Origin: a virus | Reading direction: 5' to 3' (one strand) | IMG/VR virus record: IMGVR_UViG_3300023296_001674 | Length of the DNA stretch: 64,000 nt | In this document: positions 54,851 through 62,912 of the stretch, one piece after another | How the letters are laid out: each line of letters opens with the position of its first letter | Numbering within the stretch: position 1 is the first letter of the stretch | Position numbers and translations under genes: made by a program | The notes under the pieces: model-generated | The model's database searches: none | Seen by the model: the letters and a program-made list of their open reading frames with translations, nothing else | What the model was told of the DNA's origin: nothing

Positions 54851-55129
54851 ATGTCAATACATATAGAATGCGTAAATCGAATGATTGAACGACCTGTATT
54901 CGTAGACATCGAAACTGTTGGTGGTAGAGGTGTTATAATACAAGACCAGCATGATTCGATACCAGCAGAATTTAATATATTTTCAGATACGAATAAAGAG
55001 TTGCATAAAATAATGAATGAAATATCACGTATGCATGGTGTAACAATTACAGATACTCGTGATCTCTGGGCAACTATTAATGTTAATACAAAAGAATCAT
55101 TGCTTTTGTTTTCATTGAGGTGGCGGTAA
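54851..55129 (+). CDS. AFKLRW-related small protein, SLRW subfamily
   Basis: C-terminal KESLLLFSLRWR-stop. Shares VPAEF(N/I) and HxxxxxxVxT with its neighbours. Confidence 0.45.
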   Translation: MSIHIECVNRMIERPVFVDIETVGGRGVIIQDQHDSIPAEFNIFSDTNKELHKIMNEISRMHGVTITDTRDLWATINVNTKESLLLFSLRWR

Positions 55130-55130
55130 T

Positions 55131-55412
55131 ATGACGGAATTGTATATACATCAAACTGTGCGGATGCACCATAAGCCATCATTTGAACAATACAACACCT
55201 TGGGTGGTGGTGGTTACATCAATTATACGAATGAGTTTGTACCAGCAGAATTTATTTGCAACGCAGATGATTCTGCAACATTACTTGCGTTTATAGACGA
55301 GTTGAGAATATTACCCGGTCTTCAAGTTGACAGAGAGCATCATCAATCTGAGATTACCGTTAAAATTCATTCAAAAGAAACATTATTAATATTTTGGTTG
55401 AGGTGGATGTGA
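55131..55412 (+). CDS. AFKLRW-related small protein, SLRW subfamily
   Basis: C-terminal KETLLIFWLRWM-stop. FVPAEFICN matches the previous paralogue. Confidence 0.45.
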   Translation: MTELYIHQTVRMHHKPSFEQYNTLGGGGYINYTNEFVPAEFICNADDSATLLAFIDELRILPGLQVDREHHQSEITVKIHSKETLLIFWLRWM

Positions 55413-55570
55413 TGTTATATAGATTTAAAGATATGGACGTTAAGCCGGATGAAAACATAAAAGAATGGTGCAATGAAAATTTAACAGACGGTGAAGTAGA
55501 ATTTGGTGCTACTACCATTTACATACAATCGGAGATAGATGCAATGGCGTTTGAATTAAGATGGATTTAA
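55412..55570 (+). CDS. AFKLRW-family mini-protein (52 aa); missed by the 60-aa cutoff
   Basis: MLYRFKDMDVKPDENIKEWCNENLTDGEVEFGATTIYIQSEIDAMAFELRWI-stop contains both the WCNEN and AMAFxLRWI signatures. TGATG overlap with the upstream gene. Confidence 0.45.
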   Translation: MLYRFKDMDVKPDENIKEWCNENLTDGEVEFGATTIYIQSEIDAMAFELRWI

Positions 55571-55572
55571 CA

Positions 55573-56295
55573 TTATTTATGTTTACAATTGTCATTATGC
55601 CACCTATTTAATGCTCCATAATTTCGAGTTGATAAATTGCAATGAGGGCATGTTTTATATGGCTGTGATAATTTTGCTTTAGACATTTTATTTTTAGCCG
55701 ATATTGTTTTAGGTTTTCCTTTTGCCGCATTGCTCATTTTTTGTTTAGTTGTTTCGGAGTGTGTTCTTCCGTATTTACCTGTTAATGCCGCGCTAATACA
55801 TTTTTTAGTTTCTTTGCTGAGTTTTTTACCTATATTCGCCAAAAATAATTTTTGTTTGGTTTCTGCTGTATGTTTTTTGCCTACCCCCGCTAAAGATAAT
55901 TTTTGTTTGGTTTCTTCTGATAATTTCTTACCTTTATGAGCATTGCTTATTTTTAATTTAGTTTTTTCAGTATGTTTGTATCCACTTTTACAATAAAATT
56001 TATTGTCGCCGTTGTGTTGATTTAGATAATTTGTATTATTGGCTGCGTCAATTTTTGATAAAACTTTGCTTTCCCATAATCTGGCTTTTTTTGGATTATT
56101 TGGAAATTCTTTACGTATTTCATATATAAAATTTTCTAATCCATATTTTTGTATAAGGCTTTCGATAATTGCCGATGAAGTAAAATATGTAGACCACAAA
56201 TCAGATGGGTGGCAGTTTTTAGCATATCTTACCCCATAATAATGTTGGCCCGTTTCTAAAAAAGTTATGCGATATGTATAAGGTATATGATTCAT
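55573..56295 (-). CDS. GIY-YIG homing endonuclease with NUMOD3 repeats (Seg-like; mobile element)
   Basis: N-terminal YTYRITFLETGQHYYGVR (GIY-YIG). C-terminal repeated KGKKLSEETKQKLS / IGKKLSKETKK / GKYGRTHSETTKQKMS NUMOD3-type units. Confidence 0.75.
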   Translation of the reverse strand: MNHIPYTYRITFLETGQHYYGVRYAKNCHPSDLWSTYFTSSAIIESLIQKYGLENFIYEIRKEFPNNPKKARLWESKVLSKIDAANNTNYLNQHNGDNKFYCKSGYKHTEKTKLKISNAHKGKKLSEETKQKLSLAGVGKKHTAETKQKLFLANIGKKLSKETKKCISAALTGKYGRTHSETTKQKMSNAAKGKPKTISAKNKMSKAKLSQPYKTCPHCNLSTRNYGALNRWHNDNCKHK

Positions 56296-56322
56296 CTTGA
56301 TTTTCCTTGGCTTTTATGATAG

Positions 56323-56330
56323 TATAAATA
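56323..56330. promoter_or_regulatory. TATAAATA late-type box in the divergent region between the GIY-YIG gene and thrS
   Basis: Exact TATAAATA ~95 nt upstream of the thrS ATG. Strand assignment ambiguous. Confidence 0.3.
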
Positions 56331-56425
56331 ATAAAGTAGTGGGACAGCCCAACTTCCTTGGCGGGTTTTAGTTGTTGAAACCAACTAATTACCACTATAT
56401 CTATTTATTTTTTGGAGTTAAAATC

Positions 56426-57643
56426 ATGAATGACCATCGCGAGATTGCTACAGCTTTAGACTTATTTCATTTTGAGGAGCATTCACCAGGAATGGTATAT
56501 TGGCATCCTGAAGGGTTTAAATTATATCGAACCATAGAAGAATATATGCGAAGCATGCATGAAAAATATGGATATAAAGAAATTAGAACACCAATAATGG
56601 TCAATAAATCTTTATGGAAATTGTCTGGTCATTGGGATAAATTTCAAGACAATATTTTTATTGCTGGTGAAATAGGTGAAGTAATAAGCGATGAGTTAAT
56701 TTATACTGACGGGCAATATGTAATGTCTCCGATGAATTGTCCAAATCATATACAAGTGTACCAAAAGGGAACAAAGTCTTACAAGATGCTACCTGATCGT
56801 TTATTTGAATTTGGTGTGGTGCATCGCAATGAACCATCTGGATCATTGGCTGGCATTATGAGATTGCGAAGTTTTACACAAGATGACTCGCATATACACT
56901 GTACTGAAGATCAAATTTTGAGTGAAACAACCAATTTTATCAATATGCTTCAAGAAGTTTATTCTAAGTTTGGGTTCAATGACGTCGCTGTAAAACTTGC
57001 CACTCGATGTGAAGAACGCATTGGCGACGATGCCAGTTGGGATAAAGCCGAGAAAGCATTAGAAGATGCTTGTATACATCTTGGATTGGAATACACAATT
57101 AATCCCGGTGAATCAGCATTCTATGGCCCAAAACTTGAGTTCACGCTACAAGATAGCCTTGGTCGTGATTGGCAATGTGGAACCATCCAGATTGATTTTA
57201 ACATGTGCGAACGATTGGGTGCTACATACATTGACGAAAATGGTGATAAGAAACATCCGGTATTGATTCACCATGCTGTATTGGGAAGTTTGGAACGCTG
57301 GGTTGGTGTATTGCTTGAGAACAGCAATGGTGAACTACCGTTGTGGCTTGCCCCTACACAAGTGGTTGTTGCCAGTATTACCAGTGATGTTAATGACTAT
57401 GCTGAAGAGAAAATGGTTACACTTAGTGGTATCGGATATCGAGTTGAGTTGGATGACCGAAATGAAAAAATCGGTAAGAAAATCAAAGACGCACAGAAAC
57501 GACGTATTCCATATATGCTTATTGTGGGTAAAAAGGAAAAAGAGAATCAAATGGTCAACGTTCGCAAATTGAACGGCGACCAAGATGATATGGAGTTGAT
57601 AGATTTTATAGGATCATTCGTCAAATCTACAAATGAAAGGTGA
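56426..57643 (+). CDS. thrS: threonyl-tRNA synthetase catalytic core + anticodon-binding domain, lacking the N-terminal TGS and editing domains
   Basis: Trimmed to ATG 56426 with SD GGAG. Starts at the class-II core (DHREIATALDLFHF.EHSPGMVYWHPEGFKLY, cf. E. coli ThrRS ~res 242 RDHRKLG..L.LF...). Class II motifs 2/3 and the C-terminal anticodon-binding fold are present. ~405 aa vs ~640 for full-length ThrRS. Confidence 0.8.
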   Translation: MNDHREIATALDLFHFEEHSPGMVYWHPEGFKLYRTIEEYMRSMHEKYGYKEIRTPIMVNKSLWKLSGHWDKFQDNIFIAGEIGEVISDELIYTDGQYVMSPMNCPNHIQVYQKGTKSYKMLPDRLFEFGVVHRNEPSGSLAGIMRLRSFTQDDSHIHCTEDQILSETTNFINMLQEVYSKFGFNDVAVKLATRCEERIGDDASWDKAEKALEDACIHLGLEYTINPGESAFYGPKLEFTLQDSLGRDWQCGTIQIDFNMCERLGATYIDENGDKKHPVLIHHAVLGSLERWVGVLLENSNGELPLWLAPTQVVVASITSDVNDYAEEKMVTLSGIGYRVELDDRNEKIGKKIKDAQKRRIPYMLIVGKKEKENQMVNVRKLNGDQDDMELIDFIGSFVKSTNER

Positions 57644-57836
57644 ACGTGTTTTTGATAAAATGAAACTCCCATATCCATGTTACGTTAATTATGGCGTTGA
57701 CCCAGATATGGTAATCGAATGGTGTGATGAGAATATCGAGTGTAAATGGGGGTATTTTCATCAAAATAACGGAACTCTTTATATATACATTACAGATGAT
57801 GTATATGGAATTGCATATAAGTTAAAATGGTCTTGA
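57633..57836 (+). CDS. AFKLRW-family small protein
   Basis: IEWCDENIECKW motif and C-terminal YGIAYKLKWS-stop. Overlaps the thrS 3' end. Confidence 0.45.
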   Translation: MKGERVFDKMKLPYPCYVNYGVDPDMVIEWCDENIECKWGYFHQNNGTLYIYITDDVYGIAYKLKWS

Positions 57837-57887
57837 CTGTTTTTATTTCTGTGTTAATATACGTATGAATATTAATGGAGAAGTAAA

Positions 57888-58193
57888 ATGGGCATGTTTG
57901 ATTGGGTTAAAAGTGAATATTCGCTGCCACAAATGCAACCACCAACCGATGAGTTTCAAACCAAAGACGCTTTCTGCAATCTTGATGTATACACATTAGA
58001 TAAAGATGGCATACTGTGGGTTGAATATCAAGATTGGAGCATGAATGATCTTGGTGATAAAAAACTATCACATTTTGATGGCGAAATGTATTTCTATGGG
58101 TCTACCAAAGCTACAGGGCGCATGCAAGAATACTTAGCAGTATTCATTGATGGGACACTTGAAACAGTAGAGAAAGTTAATTATGGGCCGTAA
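57888..58193 (+). CDS. hypothetical protein
   Basis: 101 aa, SD GGAGAAG. Confidence 0.4.
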   Translation: MGMFDWVKSEYSLPQMQPPTDEFQTKDAFCNLDVYTLDKDGILWVEYQDWSMNDLGDKKLSHFDGEMYFYGSTKATGRMQEYLAVFIDGTLETVEKVNYGP

Positions 58194-59337
58194 ATCAAGA
58201 CAGCGCGAAGAAGAAATGTTGGCTGGTGAACAAAAAATCACCAACCGCTTGAGTTCGCATACGTCACAAACAAAGAAAAAATTTGGCGCACTTGGATGGC
58301 AGGAAGTTATATTCAAAGCGATTGCTGAAAATCATAAACATTGGATCAATGCACCATCAACGTGGGTGAACACCAAAAAAACTAAAAATATAGACGCGTT
58401 GCGCCACGACATGGTTCGTTATGTATTCGGTGTATACAAGTGTCCCAAATTTCTTGAAGACGTTTGGCTCCCAACCCATCGCGAAACATATAATTATGCT
58501 AATCATAGACGGCATGAATCAGATGAAATTGAGAATAAAGATGTTCATTATGTTGCATGGTATCTAACTGTCGCACAGGGCGGATCGTTATATAAGTCCA
58601 ACACCAAAGGTATACTGACCAAAAAAGAAACACATGCATTTTTACATGCACCCAAGAATAACACAGTCAAACAAAATATTTGGTGGGCACGTGCTTATTG
58701 CGAGAGTGATAACATTGGAACAGCAACAAGAATTGCTCAATCCAGACTTGTAAATCGCTCGATGTCTAATGAATTTTGGATTTCGGTGATGAGATTCTTT
58801 TCAAAATATCCAACCAGCGTCAATGAAATAAATGATTTGTTGGATTATTTTATATACGCATTACAAGAAAACGAGGATTACACACTTAAAGGTCGTTCAT
58901 TGGAAGCGGTAAAAATTAGTTGCGTGGAATGGCATAGATTTCTTAACAAACAAAAATCTATTGGTGGTGGAACGTGGGCTGGAAGTGCCGTTGATAACGG
59001 AAGTTATACCACAGGAAAAGATGAACATAAAGTCAAGTGGTTGATAACACAAATCAGAACAGGCAATGAATTACTCAAAGAAGGGCAGAAAATGCGCCAT
59101 TGTGTTGTTTCATACAAACGACGATGCTCAGAAGGGCATTGTTCTATTTGGTCACTAACTTCACATGATATGATTGGTAATAACAAACGCTGTTTAACAG
59201 TCGAGTTATCTAGTAACAATCAAATCATTCAGTGTCGTGGATTGGCGAATCGTATGCCGAGACCAATTGAAAATAATATCCTTGGACGATGGTGTGTTGA
59301 TAATAGTCTTCAGGCCAATCGTAATTCAAGATGGTAA
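58183..59337 (+). CDS. hypothetical protein with Cys/His-rich C-terminal domain
   Basis: 384 aa. C-terminal MRHCVVSYKRRCSEGHCSIWSL...CLTVE...QCRGLANRMP (PcfJ-like?). Very tentative. Confidence 0.4.
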   Translation: MGRKSRQREEEMLAGEQKITNRLSSHTSQTKKKFGALGWQEVIFKAIAENHKHWINAPSTWVNTKKTKNIDALRHDMVRYVFGVYKCPKFLEDVWLPTHRETYNYANHRRHESDEIENKDVHYVAWYLTVAQGGSLYKSNTKGILTKKETHAFLHAPKNNTVKQNIWWARAYCESDNIGTATRIAQSRLVNRSMSNEFWISVMRFFSKYPTSVNEINDLLDYFIYALQENEDYTLKGRSLEAVKISCVEWHRFLNKQKSIGGGTWAGSAVDNGSYTTGKDEHKVKWLITQIRTGNELLKEGQKMRHCVVSYKRRCSEGHCSIWSLTSHDMIGNNKRCLTVELSSNNQIIQCRGLANRMPRPIENNILGRWCVDNSLQANRNSRW

Positions 59338-59344
59338 TGAATGG

Positions 59345-59373
59345 TTGACATTATGTTGATTATGATTTATACT
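59345..59373 (+). promoter_or_regulatory. sigma70-type promoter (TTGACA-N17-TATACT)
   Basis: TTGACA at 59345-59350 and TATACT at 59368-59373. ATG at 59402. Confidence 0.5.
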
Positions 59374-59401
59374 CCATATTGTAATAATATAGGATACAAA
59401 A

Positions 59402-59752
59402 ATGCATAAACGAAATATACTCGACGAGCCATATTTTGCCAGAGAGCCTGATTGCAGAGGCGAAGGCGATGATGGCTATATCGGATTTGGCGCAGGTAGT
59501 GATTTTAATCGTGAAATAATCGAACCTGGAATTAACGATAATTATCCTGATGGTGTTGTTGGTGTTCGCATTGATGGTGATTATTGGGTGGTTGCTATTT
59601 TGCCGTATGAAACATATAAAGACGTCTCGATGCAGGACATTATTTCAGAATATTGGCCCGAGTTTACCGACGTCGTATGTAGGCCAGATAGTGGCGATCC
59701 ATGGTGGGACGATGTATATTGGAAGAGAGATTATAAAGATGGAGAAAAATGA
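59402..59752 (+). CDS. hypothetical protein
   Basis: 116 aa, acidic. Confidence 0.4.
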   Translation: MHKRNILDEPYFAREPDCRGEGDDGYIGFGAGSDFNREIIEPGINDNYPDGVVGVRIDGDYWVVAILPYETYKDVSMQDIISEYWPEFTDVVCRPDSGDPWWDDVYWKRDYKDGEK

Positions 59753-59753
59753 T

Positions 59754-60173
59754 ATGAGCGACACAGATGAAATAAGAACACCAGTAGAAAATATTGATGC
59801 AATTCTTGATGTCGACAATTATTTTAATTTGCAAGAAAAAATTCACAATTATTTTGGATATGTTGAAGATTGGAAAGTGATGGCATTGGTCGATCATCGA
59901 TCTGATTATTGGATATTACACGAAATTAAAAATGATGACGGTGAAACATATGGCGGCGAAGTTTTTTATCACGATGATCCATTTATAGATGGATATAAAA
60001 CCGAAGGAAATTACTACAGCGCAGTTCTTTATATGCAACGATTTCTTCCACAGTGGATATATCGTACAAAAGATTTTACCATGATTTGTATGGACACGCA
60101 ATGCGACGATAACAAATATATTGGTATATTTTCTAATATGAATGAACAACCAAATATAGTTCCATACGTATGA
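59754..60173 (+). CDS. hypothetical protein
   Basis: Listed ORF 59550-60173 trimmed to ATG 59754 (TGATATG junction with the upstream stop). Confidence 0.4.
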   Translation: MSDTDEIRTPVENIDAILDVDNYFNLQEKIHNYFGYVEDWKVMALVDHRSDYWILHEIKNDDGETYGGEVFYHDDPFIDGYKTEGNYYSAVLYMQRFLPQWIYRTKDFTMICMDTQCDDNKYIGIFSNMNEQPNIVPYV

Positions 60174-60445
60174 TAATACGTTATTCAGACTCTTCAAAAT
60201 TTTGGAGATATTTAACATTATTTATATTGCCAAAACATAAAGCACGTGTATATAATGCAACAGATGAGGAAATAAACGAGTTAAAAAAATGGCTGAGTGA
60301 TCAAAAAATATGGTTTTTTAGTAATAAAATAGATTACTACTCTGCTAAAAATGCGGATCATGCAAAATCATCCAAACCATTGATAACAATACATATTAGA
60401 GATGAAGAAGTATTGATGGGTATGAAATTGGCATGGGAAAATTAA
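60170..60445 (+). CDS. small protein, divergent AFKLRW-like end (...LMGMKLAWEN)
   Basis: C-terminal EEVLMGMKLAWEN-stop. ATGA overlap upstream. Confidence 0.35.
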   Translation: MIIRYSDSSKFWRYLTLFILPKHKARVYNATDEEINELKKWLSDQKIWFFSNKIDYYSAKNADHAKSSKPLITIHIRDEEVLMGMKLAWEN

Positions 60446-60468
60446 TAAGATAATAAAAAGGAAAAACA

Positions 60469-60762
60469 ATGAGTAATATGTATACCATACAGTGGATGGG
60501 GTTTAACGAACAACCCAATTACAATCGCGTCTGGGGTCATATAAAAATGAAAGACGGCAGAGATTATGTTTTTTGGGGAGTCAAAGATAAAAAAATAGAA
60601 TTCAAACTTCATGATCACGATAATAAAATATCTTATATTATTAACCAAAATGAAAAAAAAGGTTATAAAAAAATACATCCCGCACACTATGAAATAATAT
60701 GTCCAGATTTTATTGAGAATATGGAAATATGGTTTACCACACACGTGTTAATGGGAGATTAA
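60469..60762 (+). CDS. WGR-domain protein (paralogue 1)
   Basis: YTIQWMGFN...NRVWGHIKM.DG.DYVFWGVKDKKIEFKLH...NEKKGYKKI follows the WGR consensus (W..G...KfW.i...G....WGRiG..g....f......EKxKKGY). Confidence 0.5.
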   Translation: MSNMYTIQWMGFNEQPNYNRVWGHIKMKDGRDYVFWGVKDKKIEFKLHDHDNKISYIINQNEKKGYKKIHPAHYEIICPDFIENMEIWFTTHVLMGD

Positions 60763-60763
60763 A

Positions 60764-61063
60764 TTGAACGGTTCATATGAAATGCAGTGGGTGGGATGGG
60801 ATAACTCAAAAAACCATGATAAAGTATGGGGTTGGTTTATCATGAAAAACGGCAAAGCTTGGTGTTTTTGGGGTGCAAGAGGTAAAAAATTAAAATTTAA
60901 AATACATCCATCACATGATTCTGCTGAAAAGGTTATGGAACAAAAAGAAAAAGCAAAATATAAGTTTGTTCCACCGTCGAAGTATGATACACTGGTTAAA
61001 GATTTCCTCGACGACGTTGAAGTATGGTGTATGACCGCAATAATAGAAGAAAAGGTAATGTAA
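60764..61063 (+). CDS. WGR-domain protein (paralogue 2)
   Basis: YEMQWVGWD...DKVWGWFIMKNGKAWCFWGARGKKLKFKIH...QKEKAKYKFV. Tandem paralogue of the preceding gene. Confidence 0.5.
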   Translation: MNGSYEMQWVGWDNSKNHDKVWGWFIMKNGKAWCFWGARGKKLKFKIHPSHDSAEKVMEQKEKAKYKFVPPSKYDTLVKDFLDDVEVWCMTAIIEEKVM

Positions 61064-61761
61064 TGAAAATATTATTAGTAAGGCACGGACAATCCGAAGC
61101 TAATGCAAATAAAGATTTGCATTATACAATGGCGGATCATGCCATACCATTATCAGAGTTGGGTGTAAAGCAAGCACGCGAAGCCGGTAAATTTTTAGGA
61201 ACTTATTTAGATAACATTGTTGGTATTCCTGCGGTCAAACCACTTATAAGATTATGGTTAAGCCCATATGAAAGAACTCGCAGAACCGCAAGTAATATAA
61301 TGATGGGCATCAATGACACCGCCAAGAGCGGCAAACATTCAACTTTTAAAATGGATAAACGCGAAAGCATCCGATTGTGTGAACAGCAGTTTGGATTGTT
61401 TGATGGTATACCCGACGATGAACGCCACATTAAATATCCTGATGAGGCAGATCATTATCAAAAATGCGAAGATCAAAATGGTCATTTTTGGGCACGGATG
61501 CCTCTTGGTGAAAGTCGATTCGATGTAGCAAATCGTGTTCACGAAACATTTGGAACATTTCATCGAGATAATGAAAAACACGGCATTAATACTATTGTTG
61601 TGGTATGTCACGGTGTTACGTTGCGTGCATTTGTGATGGAATGGTTACATCTTACACCCGAATGGTTTAATGATGAACCCAATCCTGGTAATTGTGATAT
61701 TCGATTGATTGAAAACAACAAGGATGAAGGTTATATTCACAGAGGTAAAATAGATGAGTGA
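61063..61761 (+). CDS. histidine phosphatase (phosphoglycerate-mutase-like superfamily)
   Basis: Trimmed to ATG 61063 (TAATG junction). LLVRHGQSEANA is the RHG catalytic motif. A second His lies in VVCHGVTLRAF. Confidence 0.65.
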   Translation: MKILLVRHGQSEANANKDLHYTMADHAIPLSELGVKQAREAGKFLGTYLDNIVGIPAVKPLIRLWLSPYERTRRTASNIMMGINDTAKSGKHSTFKMDKRESIRLCEQQFGLFDGIPDDERHIKYPDEADHYQKCEDQNGHFWARMPLGESRFDVANRVHETFGTFHRDNEKHGINTIVVVCHGVTLRAFVMEWLHLTPEWFNDEPNPGNCDIRLIENNKDEGYIHRGKIDE

Positions 61762-62056
61762 TATTACTATAACCATAACTGAACGCGAACGTGAAATATT
61801 AAACACAATCGTCAATGTTTGGGGCAGCGAGGATGATGATTTACTTATGCATGGTCATGCATCATATTCAGAAGTTAACGATTTATTAGAAAAAATGAAT
61901 ATTGATATTCCAGAAGGATTGGCTAACATGATGTCTGGAAAAACATTTAAAAGATATGAAGATATCAAAAAACGTCAAGAAACAAAACATCATTTTGATA
62001 AAATAATTACCGACAATCTTAATTCAAAATTTATGGAGACTAAAAATGACAAATAG
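61754..62056 (+). CDS. hypothetical small protein
   Basis: 100 aa, coupled (ATGAGTGA). Confidence 0.4.
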   Translation: MSDITITITEREREILNTIVNVWGSEDDDLLMHGHASYSEVNDLLEKMNIDIPEGLANMMSGKTFKRYEDIKKRQETKHHFDKIITDNLNSKFMETKNDK

Positions 62057-62306
62057 TATAGATTTTAATATTAATGAAATGGTTCGTGTTAAACTTACTG
62101 ATCATGGTCGGATGATGCACAAAAAATTTCATGATGATTTATTTATGGATTTCTTATTGACACAAAAATATACGCCACCCGAAGAAGATTCCGAGGGATG
62201 GAGTAGATGGCAACTTTGGATGTTGATGGAAGTGTTTGGTTCGCATTTTTCACATGGCTGTGATCTTCCATTTGATATGGGCATACAAATAATACAGGAG
62301 AAATAA
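62046..62306 (+). CDS. hypothetical small protein
   Basis: 86 aa, Trp-rich. Confidence 0.4.
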   Translation: MTNSIDFNINEMVRVKLTDHGRMMHKKFHDDLFMDFLLTQKYTPPEEDSEGWSRWQLWMLMEVFGSHFSHGCDLPFDMGIQIIQEK

Positions 62307-62307
62307 T

Positions 62308-62745
62308 ATGGGAATTTATATGACACATTACGCATTCATTGGGGTTAAATTTTCACCTAGTACACAACTTGTTGATCGCATACAACGTGGATGTAGTCAC
62401 GATGGTGCAAAAGCCAAATTTTGTTCCGAGTGTGGTGCTCCGATGTGGAAAGACAAACAAGATCGCGTGAATCAATTTGACGATATACATGAGGAATTAA
62501 TAGAACCACTATATGAAGAACTAGAAGAGCATTTTAATGAACATGTAGTTGTTGGAACAGATCACGATGGTGATGCGATTTATATTGGATACGGAACATC
62601 TGTTGAAAATTTTGAAGAATCTAATATTCCATTAATTGACCAAGAAATTGTAAAAAGTGTGTTACAGCCCATTCTTGAGAAATATAAAATATGGAATCAA
62701 TGTTCTGATACATTAGGATTTTGGCTTGTGAGTACAGGGCATTAA
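62308..62745 (+). CDS. zinc-ribbon-containing protein
   Basis: CSHDGAKAKFCSECGAP (C-x9-C-x2-C type ribbon). Strong RBS CAGGAGAAATAATATG. Confidence 0.45.
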   Translation: MGIYMTHYAFIGVKFSPSTQLVDRIQRGCSHDGAKAKFCSECGAPMWKDKQDRVNQFDDIHEELIEPLYEELEEHFNEHVVVGTDHDGDAIYIGYGTSVENFEESNIPLIDQEIVKSVLQPILEKYKIWNQCSDTLGFWLVSTGH

Positions 62746-62751
62746 TAATAT

Positions 62752-62904
62752 ATGAAAATATTCAGTCCATGCATTGGTCGATGTAATCTTAAAGAAAATG
62801 TATGCACAGGATGTTTACGCACTAAAAATGAAATAATTAAATGGCGAAATATGATATTCACTGAACGCATTAATGTAATTAAACGAATTTCTTCTATAAA
62901 ATAA
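62752..62904 (+). CDS. DUF1289-like small Cys-cluster protein (50 aa); missed by the 60-aa cutoff
   Basis: SPCIGRCNLKENVCTGCLRTKNEIIKW fits the DUF1289 signature SPC.G.C.......C.GC.RT..EI..W. Confidence 0.45.
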   Translation: MKIFSPCIGRCNLKENVCTGCLRTKNEIIKWRNMIFTERINVIKRISSIK

Positions 62905-62912
62905 ATCAACAC

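Noticed and set aside
56296-56425. Hairpin TTAGTTG-TTGAAAC-CAACTAA and duplicated TTCCTTGGC words upstream of thrS, as a possible E. coli-like thrS operator (tRNA-Thr anticodon-arm mimic)
   Set aside because: Loop sequence (GAA in anticodon position) does not mimic a Thr anticodon (NGU). The region also serves as divergent promoter for the GIY-YIG gene. Insufficient evidence for autoregulatory mimicry.
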